IMG/VR virus record: IMGVR_UViG_2894787282_000001
Span: 1 to 64,000 of that record
Length of the DNA: 64,000 bases
Strand: one strand, 5' to 3'
Source of the DNA: a virus
Lineage: Duplodnaviria; Caudoviricetes
Shown: positions 27,309 to 35,969 of the stretch, one piece after another
Layout of the letters: each line of letters opens with the position of its first letter
Numbering within the stretch: the stretch's first letter is position 1
The notes under the pieces: generated by a model
What the model saw: only the letters and a program-made list of their open reading frames with translations
Told to the model about the DNA's origin: nothing
The model's database searches: none
Made by a program: the position numbers and the translations under genes

Positions 27309-27728
27309 TTACTGCGCGCGGTGCGTGGTCATCCGCGCCCGCACGGTGATGCTGCGGGTGGCCGCTTGGGGGCACTGCACACCCAGGCGGTAGCCAGTGG
27401 CTCCAGTGCGTACCGGTGCCGACTTGCGGGCCGGGTCCTCACCATTGGTGGAGTAAGTGTCCAGCTGCATCAAGAACTGGGCGTGTTTGTCGGTGTCGAA
27501 ATCGGCGCCGCTGTCGCCCAGGATGTCGCCGCTGTGGTAAGCCACGAACACATTGCACACGTCGCCGCTGGCGGGAGTGCCCGTGTTGTCGGCGCTGACT
27601 TGCACGCTGGCTTCAAAATCTTCCACATTGAATGCAACCGGGTCGCTCCAGACGATGCTGGCCGATGCCACTGTGGCGGACGCTGCGGCGCTCCAGGTGA
27701 GCTGTGTTTCTGGTTTTGTAGAGGCCAT
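27309..27728 (-). CDS. Hypothetical virion-associated protein
   Basis: 139 aa, beta-rich, tightly spaced in the operon. Confidence 0.55.
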   Translation of the reverse strand: MASTKPETQLTWSAAASATVASASIVWSDPVAFNVEDFEASVQVSADNTGTPASGDVCNVFVAYHSGDILGDSGADFDTDKHAQFLMQLDTYSTNGEDPARKSAPVRTGATGYRLGVQCPQAATRSITVRARMTTHRAQ

Positions 27729-27732
27729 GGCA

Positions 27733-28212
27733 TCAATCCCAAGGTCCGCGCACCGCGCGGGATACATCGGCGGCGGTGATCTTGGGCGCGGGCTGCATGG
27801 GCAGGTTCAGCACGGCGTCAAGCTCCGCTTGCGTAAATACGTCGGCCTGGGTCCATTGTGCAAACTGGGCACGCAAACCGACGTCGCCAAAGTTCACACC
27901 TTTGGCATCGTTTTCCAAACGGTTCATCAGTGCCCGGGTGGACCGCGACGATGCGGCCAAGGTGTCAAGCTTGGTCAGGATGGCGTCAGGCATGGCCGTG
28001 TTGCCAGTGGCCGCCACCAGGTCACTCACAAGGCCCCGGTCTGTCAGCCAGCACTCACCCACAACCGTGCGGCCGGTGTTGAGGATGTCGGCGATGGCCT
28101 GGTCTTTGACCAGCACCTCGGCCGCGCTGATCTTGGGCGCGGCGCTGTTGTGGATGTAGGGCGCACAGTCAGCGCTGGCCAGGATCTCGGTCAGCAAATC
28201 TCGGTAGTTCAT
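27733..28212 (-). CDS. Hypothetical protein
   Basis: 159 aa in the operon. Confidence 0.6.
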   Translation of the reverse strand: MNYRDLLTEILASADCAPYIHNSAAPKISAAEVLVKDQAIADILNTGRTVVGECWLTDRGLVSDLVAATGNTAMPDAILTKLDTLAASSRSTRALMNRLENDAKGVNFGDVGLRAQFAQWTQADVFTQAELDAVLNLPMQPAPKITAADVSRAVRGPWD

Positions 28213-28224
28213 GACGATGTCCGA

Positions 28225-28740
28225 TCAGTTGTCCATCTGAATCGTGAGCGATGCAGCCGGGAAGCTGACGGTGTCACCGGTGTTGATCGTCTTGCCGATG
28301 CTCAACGCGGTGCAAACCAGCATGTTGCCGCTGGACACCGAATCCATCAAACCGATGTGGGTGACCGTGCCCCAGCCTGCGCTGGGTGTGGCAAAGGTGA
28401 TGGCGGCATTGTTGGACGTGGTGCCGCTGGTGCCCGAGCTGGCCGTGGTGCTGGCCGCTGCCTGGGTGCCTGCCCAGTTGACCAAGCTGGTGGCCAGCCC
28501 AGGCCGGGCATACGAGCCGCCCGACACCTCGGTGCCAATAGCCGAGTCGCTGCAGGCTGATGTGAAGAGTGCCACATAGACAGTTGTCGGCGCGGTGTAG
28601 GCCTGGGCCCGGAACACATGGTCAACCAGCTTGTTTTCCAGGTAATCGGATAAAGCACCGGCCTGCACCACCGGAACCGCAGCCAGTACCAACGCCAGGC
28701 CCAACAGGGCCGAACCAATCCATTTTTTAAACATCTTCAC
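28225..28740 (-). CDS. Phage tail-associated family protein with an apparent signal peptide
   Basis: 'SDYLENKLVDHVFR..YVALFT..EVSGGSYAR..ITF..WGTVTH..GNML' preceded by MKMFKKW-hydrophobic-VQA; AAGGAG SD. Confidence 0.7.
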   Translation of the reverse strand: MKMFKKWIGSALLGLALVLAAVPVVQAGALSDYLENKLVDHVFRAQAYTAPTTVYVALFTSACSDSAIGTEVSGGSYARPGLATSLVNWAGTQAAASTTASSGTSGTTSNNAAITFATPSAGWGTVTHIGLMDSVSSGNMLVCTALSIGKTINTGDTVSFPAASLTIQMDN

Positions 28741-28777
28741 AGCTATCTCCTTCAGTAAAAATAAGCTTTTCGCTCAA

Positions 28778-29014
28778 CTACAGATCACTCGGCCTTGTGG
28801 CGTTGGCAAGCATTTCCCGCCGGGCTGCTCTCGCCTGGGCCTTTTGAATTGGCCTTGTGTACTTGAACCAGCCGTAGACCTGAATCCCTATCCAGAGTCC
28901 AGAAAGAACACCGACAACGATGTTTACGAGACCGGCAAATGTCCCTATGCCAAGCAGTGCAGCAAGCCAGTCAAGGGCGACTTTGATCCATGATGTATGC
29001 TGGTCGTTGGTCAC
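28778..29014 (-). CDS. Small membrane protein (holin-like)
   Basis: GTG start, long hydrophobic stretch, basic tail. Confidence 0.55.
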   Translation of the reverse strand: MTNDQHTSWIKVALDWLAALLGIGTFAGLVNIVVGVLSGLWIGIQVYGWFKYTRPIQKAQARAARREMLANATRPSDL

Positions 29015-29015
29015 T

Positions 29016-29705
29016 TCACAGCCCTCCGTACGCCACAGACATGCTGTGGCTCTTGTATCTGTTCCACTCGGCCTTGGCCTGTGCGCAGTAGGCGTTGAAC
29101 TGCTGCGTGTACTCATCGCGGCGACCCCGGTCAAAGCACTCAGCATCCTGCTTGCCGTAGGCCCGTGCCTTCATCCACAGCATCAAGTGCTCGTGGTGCT
29201 CTTCACCGATCTCGCCAAACTCAAAGCCGGGCTCGACGGTGTCCAGCGGCAGGCGCTGTACGCTGAGCTGTACGGTGTCGGCGCGGTCTGGGATGCGGAC
29301 CCAGCGCACCAGGCCACGCGCCGCGTTGCGGTCCATGCCGGTCACCATGTGCGTGACCTTGCCTTGCAGCAAGCTGCGCCGCTGCGTGTTGAGCTGGCCG
29401 TAGTCACTGGTCGTCAGCGTCGGCAAGCCCGCCTCGTTGACGATCTTGAGTTCGGTGCCGTCAGACAGCAGGTATGCGCTACGGAACCGGAGAATGAGGG
29501 GGCTGACCGCGCTGGTTGGCTGGCCGGGGGCCAGGACCAGGCGGGTCAGCGCTGAGCTGGTGTCGGGAATACCCCCAATACGCCGAACGAACATCCTGTA
29601 CGCATCGTTCATGTAGCCCCAGACCTCGGTGTCGCTCCAGAGGTACGGAGCTGCCGTATCGACCACGTCGCTACGGAACAGTGCGAGCAGATCGTCGGCG
29701 AGCAT
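29016..29705 (-). CDS. Head-tail adaptor-like protein
   Basis: 'FRSDVVD..PYLWSD.E..YMNDA..HHEHL..W..AY.KQDAE'. Confidence 0.7.
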   Translation of the reverse strand: MLADDLLALFRSDVVDTAAPYLWSDTEVWGYMNDAYRMFVRRIGGIPDTSSALTRLVLAPGQPTSAVSPLILRFRSAYLLSDGTELKIVNEAGLPTLTTSDYGQLNTQRRSLLQGKVTHMVTGMDRNAARGLVRWVRIPDRADTVQLSVQRLPLDTVEPGFEFGEIGEEHHEHLMLWMKARAYGKQDAECFDRGRRDEYTQQFNAYCAQAKAEWNRYKSHSMSVAYGGL

Positions 29706-29707
29706 GG

Positions 29708-30091
29708 CTAGCCAGCCTTCGCCTTGAGGTACTCTTCCCAAAGCTCGTCGCGCTCTTTACCGATCACCTCGTAGCCGAGCAGCTCTTTCAGGATGCTCAG
29801 GTTCGGACGACCGCTGCCGGTGAAGTCACCGCGCTCGTTGCGCGCTTCGAGCTGTGCGAATACCGCCAGTACCTGAGCCGCGCGTTCTTGGCCAGAAGGG
29901 GCCAGCGGCAGCGCCGGTTTGTCAGGGTCCAGCACGTCCTGCTTGGGGCCATCGACGGGCTCAGCACCCAGCGCTGTGACCTCCTTCTCCAGCGCCGGGG
30001 GCACCCAGGTGGGCATCCCTTTGACGAAGTTGACGATGTGGCCCAAGGTAGAGCGGTGGGTGTAGGTGCGGTTGAGCACGTAGTCCGGCAT
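29708..30091 (-). CDS. Hypothetical virion-associated protein
   Basis: 'DFTGSGRP..L..G..I..ERD..W' motif; GGAG SD. Confidence 0.65.
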   Translation of the reverse strand: MPDYVLNRTYTHRSTLGHIVNFVKGMPTWVPPALEKEVTALGAEPVDGPKQDVLDPDKPALPLAPSGQERAAQVLAVFAQLEARNERGDFTGSGRPNLSILKELLGYEVIGKERDELWEEYLKAKAG

Positions 30092-30109
30092 GATGGTCTC
30101 CAGGAAGGT

Positions 30110-30137
30110 AAAAAAGAAGCGGGCCGAAGCCCGCTTC
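30110..30137 (-). terminator. Rho-independent terminator after the capsid genes
   Basis: GAAGCGGGC-TTCG-GCCCGCTTC followed by T6. Confidence 0.85.
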
Positions 30138-30148
30138 AAGGGCGGCAC

Positions 30149-30700
30149 TTAGGAGGCGCTGACCTCGTTGATACGACCGTCAATCGTGTACATGACACGG
30201 ACGCGGACGCGGCCAGCAGTGGCGTTACCGGCACCCAGCACCAGGGCCATGCGCAGGTCAAGGCCAGTGGCCGCGTGCGTGGGCGAGTTGTCGGTGTCTT
30301 CCAGCGGCAAGGTCAGCGCAGTGCGAGCTGCGGTCTTGGCGTCGATGGCAGCGGAGTACCAGGAGCCGGTTACCGCGTCACCGAACTGCACGGTGGCTGT
30401 GGCCGGGCCGACGTAGGCGTTCTCGACGTGGACGTCGCCGCCGATCACCTGGGCGTTGATGGGCAGGGCCAGCACTTCAAAGTAGCTGGTCTTGCCGCCA
30501 CCGCCGGTGACGTAGGTGACACCCGACAGCATGCCGTCAGGTTGCACGCCGGAACCAAAGTCAGTCACGTTGGACTTGGGGTTCTGGTCGACGCTGGCGC
30601 CGTTGAGAGCCGACAGGAAGGCTTGCCCGTCGTTGAAGTTGAAGACGTACTCAGCTACCAGGGGGTACTGAGCACCACGGGTGCGGTTTTTGACTGCCAT
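30149..30700 (-). CDS. Capsid decoration/minor head protein
   Basis: 183 aa immediately after MCP; AGGAG SD. Confidence 0.65.
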   Translation of the reverse strand: MAVKNRTRGAQYPLVAEYVFNFNDGQAFLSALNGASVDQNPKSNVTDFGSGVQPDGMLSGVTYVTGGGGKTSYFEVLALPINAQVIGGDVHVENAYVGPATATVQFGDAVTGSWYSAAIDAKTAARTALTLPLEDTDNSPTHAATGLDLRMALVLGAGNATAGRVRVRVMYTIDGRINEVSAS

Positions 30701-30722
30701 GATGTGTTCTCCTTGAAGCAGA

Positions 30723-31847
30723 TTACTGAGCCGTGTACAAAGAGAGCACACCGAAGTCTTCGGTGGTGCCGCCGCTGTACTGGGTGTAGAACTGAGGCTT
30801 GAGGAAGCCCAGAATCTTGGCGACCGAGATACCTTGTTGGTTCTCGTAGTCGAAGCCTTCTTCGGTCCAGCTGGGAGCGCCGAGGTCGGCCATACCCAGC
30901 GCTTGGGCACCGCAGAACAGCACCTGGCAACCGTCGATCAAGCCACCGGCACCGTACTTCTGGCCGGAAGGGGTCAGGCGGGTGTTGGGGATGTGGCGGT
31001 ACTCATGCAGGTACATGCCGTCGACACGCACCACGTCGCCAGTGAACAGCGGGTTGTCCTCGCCGCGTTGACGCGCCCAGCGCAAGTTCGACAGGTACTC
31101 GGGGTCCAGCTTCAGCTTGGCCATGGCCTGCGGGCTGAGGAAGACGTGATAGACCTCTTCGCCACCCTTGTCCTTGCAACCGCGCACGTAGTTGTCCTTG
31201 GCGTATGCCTTGGCCTGCACCAGCATGTTGTAGGACGGGGTGTCTGCGACAGCCACCGAGCCGTTGCCGGTGCCCCACTCCATCAGCTTGGAGGTGCCGT
31301 TCCAGCGACCGAAGCGCTTGGAGCTGGGCGCGACCACGTCCTGGGCGAATTCCAGATACGGCAGATCGGAGCCGATGCGACCCACGGTGGCGCCCACGGC
31401 GCTGAGCTTGGTGCTGTAGGACAGCCCGGCCATCGTCAGGATCGCCAGCTGGTCGACGCGGTCAGACGCCCAGTAGGACAGCTTGTCGCGGCTGTTTTCG
31501 CGGAACTGCACCACGGTCTTCTGATCGGCCATGCGGCCTTCGTTGATGTTGGCGTTACGGATCTGGTCGATCCGAATCACCTTGTCGAAGCTGCGCAGCT
31601 GCTCTTCATTGCCGCGCAGGGTGCGATCCCCTGCGATACCGTCACCTTCGAGGTCGGTCAGCAAGGTCATCACGGCGCGCGCGCCTTTTTGGGTTTTCTT
31701 CAGCTCGGTGACGTGCTGGATCAAGCTGTTCTCGTCGCTGCCGAGAAACTTGTTGACGAAAGAAAGGTTGCGGGCCTGGCGCCAGAAATCGAGCGACCAG
31801 ACTGTTTTTTGTTCGCTGGTCAGCTGCGCAAAGTTAGTCGTTGCCAT
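30723..31847 (-). CDS. Major capsid protein, N4-gp56/DUF4043 type
   Basis: 'TELKKTQKG..L..DLEGDG..GD..L.GNEE.L..IDQ.R..LF.G..DG..GAQAL..E..DYEN..G..DFGV'. Confidence 0.9.
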   Translation of the reverse strand: MATTNFAQLTSEQKTVWSLDFWRQARNLSFVNKFLGSDENSLIQHVTELKKTQKGARAVMTLLTDLEGDGIAGDRTLRGNEEQLRSFDKVIRIDQIRNANINEGRMADQKTVVQFRENSRDKLSYWASDRVDQLAILTMAGLSYSTKLSAVGATVGRIGSDLPYLEFAQDVVAPSSKRFGRWNGTSKLMEWGTGNGSVAVADTPSYNMLVQAKAYAKDNYVRGCKDKGGEEVYHVFLSPQAMAKLKLDPEYLSNLRWARQRGEDNPLFTGDVVRVDGMYLHEYRHIPNTRLTPSGQKYGAGGLIDGCQVLFCGAQALGMADLGAPSWTEEGFDYENQQGISVAKILGFLKPQFYTQYSGGTTEDFGVLSLYTAQ

Positions 31848-32043
31848 GTGAGGACTCCATAAGTTGTAAAACGAACACTCTCTGATGCAATCTGTGCATC
31901 AATCTCAGGCCACGATGTCGCGGTGACTGCGAGTTGTTCGGCTCTTACGGAGTCGCTTCGGGGGCTGTGTTGCCGCCCCTTGCATGTCAGATGTCGCTCT
32001 GGCTGGCGAGACGTCGCACTACGTGCGACGCCGCGATATTACA

Positions 32044-32487
32044 TCAGATTTCGTTAGAGTGCAAACGCTGCCTCAGCTCGCAGCCCATCAGCGGCCAGAT
32101 TTGCTCGATGGCGTGTTTCCTTGCCTCGACACGGCCAGTCTCTGCGCTGTGCTGCGCTGGGTCGATGGCGCCGTAGTTGATGCCGACAATCTTGGTGCTG
32201 TTGCGCAGGATCAGGACGCAGAAGGTCAGGAGGCTTAGAGCTTCGTAGTCCTTAACTTCACCGATGGTTTGTCCTTCCGCCATCTCTCCACCAATCACGC
32301 CTTCCATAGCGGTGAAGTAGTGCTCGCTGGCAATGTTCGCCTCAATGCCCTCAGGCGTCACACGCGGCGCTGTCAGTCCTTTGGCTTGGATTTCTTGCTC
32401 GATGGTTTGGTCTGCCTGAGCGATCATCGAGCGCGTGAATTCACGCGCAGCGTCGATATAGGGGTGGAGTGGTTGACTATGATTCAT
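32044..32487 (-). CDS. Phage gp49/gp66 family protein (candidate nucleotide sponge)
   Basis: 'TAPRVTP..IEANIASEHYFTA..LTFCVL.LRN..G...AR..AI..IWPLMG.EL'. Confidence 0.75.
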   Translation of the reverse strand: MNHSQPLHPYIDAAREFTRSMIAQADQTIEQEIQAKGLTAPRVTPEGIEANIASEHYFTAMEGVIGGEMAEGQTIGEVKDYEALSLLTFCVLILRNSTKIVGINYGAIDPAQHSAETGRVEARKHAIEQIWPLMGCELRQRLHSNEI

Positions 32488-32496
32488 AGGTTCTCC

Positions 32497-33438
32497 TTAC
32501 ACGAGGTCGCCGCGCATGCGCTTGAGCGTAGCGGCGGGGATGGCCTTGAGGTCGTCGACAGTCTCCAGAACGTGCTTGCCGTCCTTCATGCCCAGCTTGT
32601 CGCTGTCGAGGCCCACGTCGCGGGTGTCGGGTGGCGTGCGCAGTGCGGCGTCGACGGCCTTGGCCTTGGCGGCTTGGGTACGGTCGGCACCCTTGGCACC
32701 TGCCAGCCCGCCAGCAGGCTTGTCGTCGGCCTTAACGGCTGGCTGAAACCGGGCCATGATGTCGGTAGTGGCTTTGACCAGCGCCTGCGACGGGCTCAGG
32801 CGGTCGCGCGTGATGAGCTGGTTCTGCGCGGCCAGCACGAGGTCTACCAAGCCCTGGTCGAACGTGTCGCTGCCCTCCTTGAGCACCGGGTAGGTCTTCT
32901 CCAGGCTCTCGATGGCCATCTCGACACGGATGCTCTCGCTGGCCTCTTCACGGCTGCGCTCGGAGATGCTGGTGCTCTCCTGGATGACGATCTGGCGGTT
33001 GATGCGGTCGATCTGGCTCTGCAGGTCCAGGCTCTTTTCCTCGTCGCCGTCAAGCCGCGCCTGGCTGTCCTGCTTGCGCAGCGCTACGAGCTGGGCTTCG
33101 AGGTCCGTCGCGGTGGCAGTGCGGCTGACCGTCTGCAGCTGCTTCTGCAGCTCAGCCACGGTGCGCTCTGCGGCCTCGCGCTTGTCGCGCTCTTTGGTCA
33201 CGGCCTCGTCGAAGCGTGCCTTGGGGATGAAGCGGCCCTTGTCGTCGCGCACAGCCTCGTCGCCCTTGGCCTCGTCGGTGACATCGGCGCCAGTGACCGC
33301 GACCTTCTTGTCAGCGACCAGCTGGTCTTCGAGCGTGATAGCTGTGCCGAGCGTGTCGTGGGCCAGCGTGTCGTCGTCCGCGTCGACGGTGGGGGTGAAC
33401 GTGTCGCCACGGTCGATGGTGTCTTCAGTGCCTGCCAT
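32497..33438 (-). CDS. Capsid scaffolding protein
   Basis: Acidic N-terminus, 'IPKARFDE', coiled coil, C-terminal 'LKRMRGD'; between portal and MCP. Confidence 0.8.
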   Translation of the reverse strand: MAGTEDTIDRGDTFTPTVDADDDTLAHDTLGTAITLEDQLVADKKVAVTGADVTDEAKGDEAVRDDKGRFIPKARFDEAVTKERDKREAAERTVAELQKQLQTVSRTATATDLEAQLVALRKQDSQARLDGDEEKSLDLQSQIDRINRQIVIQESTSISERSREEASESIRVEMAIESLEKTYPVLKEGSDTFDQGLVDLVLAAQNQLITRDRLSPSQALVKATTDIMARFQPAVKADDKPAGGLAGAKGADRTQAAKAKAVDAALRTPPDTRDVGLDSDKLGMKDGKHVLETVDDLKAIPAATLKRMRGDLV

Positions 33439-33440
33439 GC

Positions 33441-35969
33441 TTACTCCTTTGTGGTTGTGGGTGAACTCTCGCTCTTCTCCGCCTGCGCACGCTGTGCATA
33501 GGCGTTCTGCTCAGCCTGCTGCGCCTGCTGGGCGCGCCGGGCTTGGGCATCTTCTTGCTGAATCTGCTGCTTGAGTGCGTGCTCTTCGCGCATCTGCTGC
33601 AGCTTGATAGCCGCCTGCTCACGCTCGAACTGCAGCTTCTCCTGGCGCTCCTGGCGCTCCATCTCGAAGCGCTCGCGCTCGATCTGCAACTCCTGCTGGA
33701 GCTTGGCAGCTTCGCCGTTGTCGCCGCCTTGGGCCAGGTTCTGCGTCTCGACGGTCTCCTTCTCGGTGCGGGCCGTGTCGAGTGCACTCTTGGTGTGCTT
33801 CTCCTGCGCCTCGCCTTCGAGCTTGGAGACGTTGGCCTCCATCGCGCGCATTTCGAGCGCCTTCTTCTGCTGGGCCTCGGGGCTCTGGGCCTCGGCCTGC
33901 ATCTGCTTGACGATCTCGCCCCGGCGCATGAGGCGGCTGTTCTCGATGAGCACGTCGTCTGGGATGGCGATGCCCAGCTCCTTGAGGCTCTTGGCCTGCT
34001 CGAACTGGCTGTCTTCGAGCGTCGCGCGGTCTGGCTGTGCGGTGATGATGATGCCGTACTCGCCCAGCGTCAGGTCATTGATGATGGTGTCGGTGGCTGG
34101 GTCATACTGGTTGACAGTCAACGTCTGCGGCGAGTTGACCAGGTCGTTGCCGGTGATGTGGATGATGCGTTCCTCGGTGTAATACTCCTGCACCAGATCC
34201 AGCACGTTGCGCGCCAAGAAGTAGTCGGTGCGCTCCAAGTTGTCGAGCACGCGCACCAGGTTGGCCTGGCCGCTCTGGCGCTTGGCAGTGATGGCCTTGG
34301 CCGCGACGTCCTCACGGTCAAAACCTTGCATGCTGTCGCTCACGCCGCTGATGGACTTCATGTGTTCCTCAGCCTTGTAGCTGATGCGGTCCATGCCCTG
34401 TGGTATCGAGTTGGGGGTGATCTTCTTGACGTCTTTCTCGGTGTCGCCGTTGACCTCGATCACCAGGCCCGTCTTCGCCCCGCTCTGCTCCAGGTCTTCG
34501 ACCTCCATGTTGACAAGGGTGCCGGTCTTGACGATCCAGCCGCTGTTGGCGCTGGTGTTGATGACGTGCAGCTCCTGGCTGGAGGACTTGTTGAGCAGTT
34601 CCTGGCTACCGAGCAGGTTCTCGACCAGGCCGATGGTGCGCCCGTGGTGGAAGTGCGGGAAGTACGGCACAGGCGTGAAGTGCTTGTATGGCGACCAGTC
34701 GTCGTGCAGCACCACGTTGTCGGCAGTCACGGTCCAGCGGATGCGCTTGACCTTCTTCTTGAGCACCGTCAGTTGGCCCTGCGTGCGCTCCAGCAAGGCA
34801 GCGATGCGGTTGCGGTCCCAGCTCTCGGGTACCGGGCGGGCGTCGCCGGTCTGCACATCGACGAAGTGTTTTTGACTGTCGAGCTTGCGGTACTGACGCT
34901 CGACCGTGCGTATGTTGCGCCGGACGTGGGCGGTGTCGAGCAAGCCGTAGTAGCTGCCGGTGAGCTGGGAGCCTGCAAAGCGGTCGCGCACCCGTTCAAT
35001 GCTGTCATAGGCGTAGGGGAACAGGCTTTCCTCGCGCATCTTGAGGTAGTCAGCATCGTCCTGGTTGTACAGCGTGGCGATGTCCTGGTAGGTCAGCCAC
35101 TTGGTCACAAAGACGTCGTTCCACTCGTCCGGGTCGTACTGCTCGGCGTCGGGGTCGATGACCACGTTCTTGCCATTGAGGTTGGTGATGCGGACCTCGC
35201 CCTTGAGGTTGTCCGTGAAGTCAAGCCTCACGTCGTAGAAGCCACGGCTGCGGATGAAGCCGTCGGCAGCGACGTCTGAGCGCACCCAGTTGAGCTGGTT
35301 GCTCGCTGCGATCTGCGCCCAGACCTTCTGCAATGCGTCGGCCACCTCGCTGTTGGCACCCTCCCCCGCTGGGCGGTAAGACACCTCGTTGCGGTTGTAA
35401 ATCTGCTGCCCCATGATCGTTGAGACCGTAGAAATTATCTTGTTTATGGTCAAACTCGGTCGACGAGCAAGTTGCAGCGCGTTGAGGTCAGCCACATCCC
35501 ACTGGTCCCCCGCGAAGAACTTGTCGCATTTATCGGCTTTGGCCAGGAAGTCGTGGTGGCCGCGCTCCAAGCAGTTGTGACAGATCACCAGCCCGGTGTC
35601 GCCAAGCACGGCGAACCGCGAACGCGGACCACAGTTGACGATGTCGTAGACATCTTGCGTGTGGCCTTCGCGGTACTCAACCCTGCGCCCAAGGGTCGGT
35701 AGTGCGTCCGCACGCACCCAGTTGCCTGCGGAGTCGAGCACCTCGTGCTCAGGCGTCATGAATACGCCGTCAACACCAACTGTGGCTTTACGACCTTTGG
35801 CAACAAGGCCGTCGTGGTTGACATACTCCACACCGTCAAATATGCGGTGGGTGCCCGTGATACGGTCGAGACGCACGTACCCGGCGTCGGTCAGTACAAG
35901 TGCGTCACCGGAGACGCAGTAGCGAAATCTGTACCAAATTTCGCTGGCAAGGGAGTCATTGACTGGCAA
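33441..35969 (-). CDS. Portal protein (P22-like) with an N-proximal mini-intein
   Basis: 'F..GDQW..L..RP.LTINKI..V..G.Q', 'IDPDA..D..D', 'G.V..L..Q..NK', Q-rich tail; TTG start after GGAGG. Confidence 0.9.
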   Translation of the reverse strand: MPVNDSLASEIWYRFRYCVSGDALVLTDAGYVRLDRITGTHRIFDGVEYVNHDGLVAKGRKATVGVDGVFMTPEHEVLDSAGNWVRADALPTLGRRVEYREGHTQDVYDIVNCGPRSRFAVLGDTGLVICHNCLERGHHDFLAKADKCDKFFAGDQWDVADLNALQLARRPSLTINKIISTVSTIMGQQIYNRNEVSYRPAGEGANSEVADALQKVWAQIAASNQLNWVRSDVAADGFIRSRGFYDVRLDFTDNLKGEVRITNLNGKNVVIDPDAEQYDPDEWNDVFVTKWLTYQDIATLYNQDDADYLKMREESLFPYAYDSIERVRDRFAGSQLTGSYYGLLDTAHVRRNIRTVERQYRKLDSQKHFVDVQTGDARPVPESWDRNRIAALLERTQGQLTVLKKKVKRIRWTVTADNVVLHDDWSPYKHFTPVPYFPHFHHGRTIGLVENLLGSQELLNKSSSQELHVINTSANSGWIVKTGTLVNMEVEDLEQSGAKTGLVIEVNGDTEKDVKKITPNSIPQGMDRISYKAEEHMKSISGVSDSMQGFDREDVAAKAITAKRQSGQANLVRVLDNLERTDYFLARNVLDLVQEYYTEERIIHITGNDLVNSPQTLTVNQYDPATDTIINDLTLGEYGIIITAQPDRATLEDSQFEQAKSLKELGIAIPDDVLIENSRLMRRGEIVKQMQAEAQSPEAQQKKALEMRAMEANVSKLEGEAQEKHTKSALDTARTEKETVETQNLAQGGDNGEAAKLQQELQIERERFEMERQERQEKLQFEREQAAIKLQQMREEHALKQQIQQEDAQARRAQQAQQAEQNAYAQRAQAEKSESSPTTTKE
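35574..35918 (-). mobile_element. 115-aa mini-intein in the portal
   Basis: C1 'CVSGDALVLT', block B 'TPEH', block F 'DVYDI', terminal 'HN' then +1 Cys. Confidence 0.9.
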
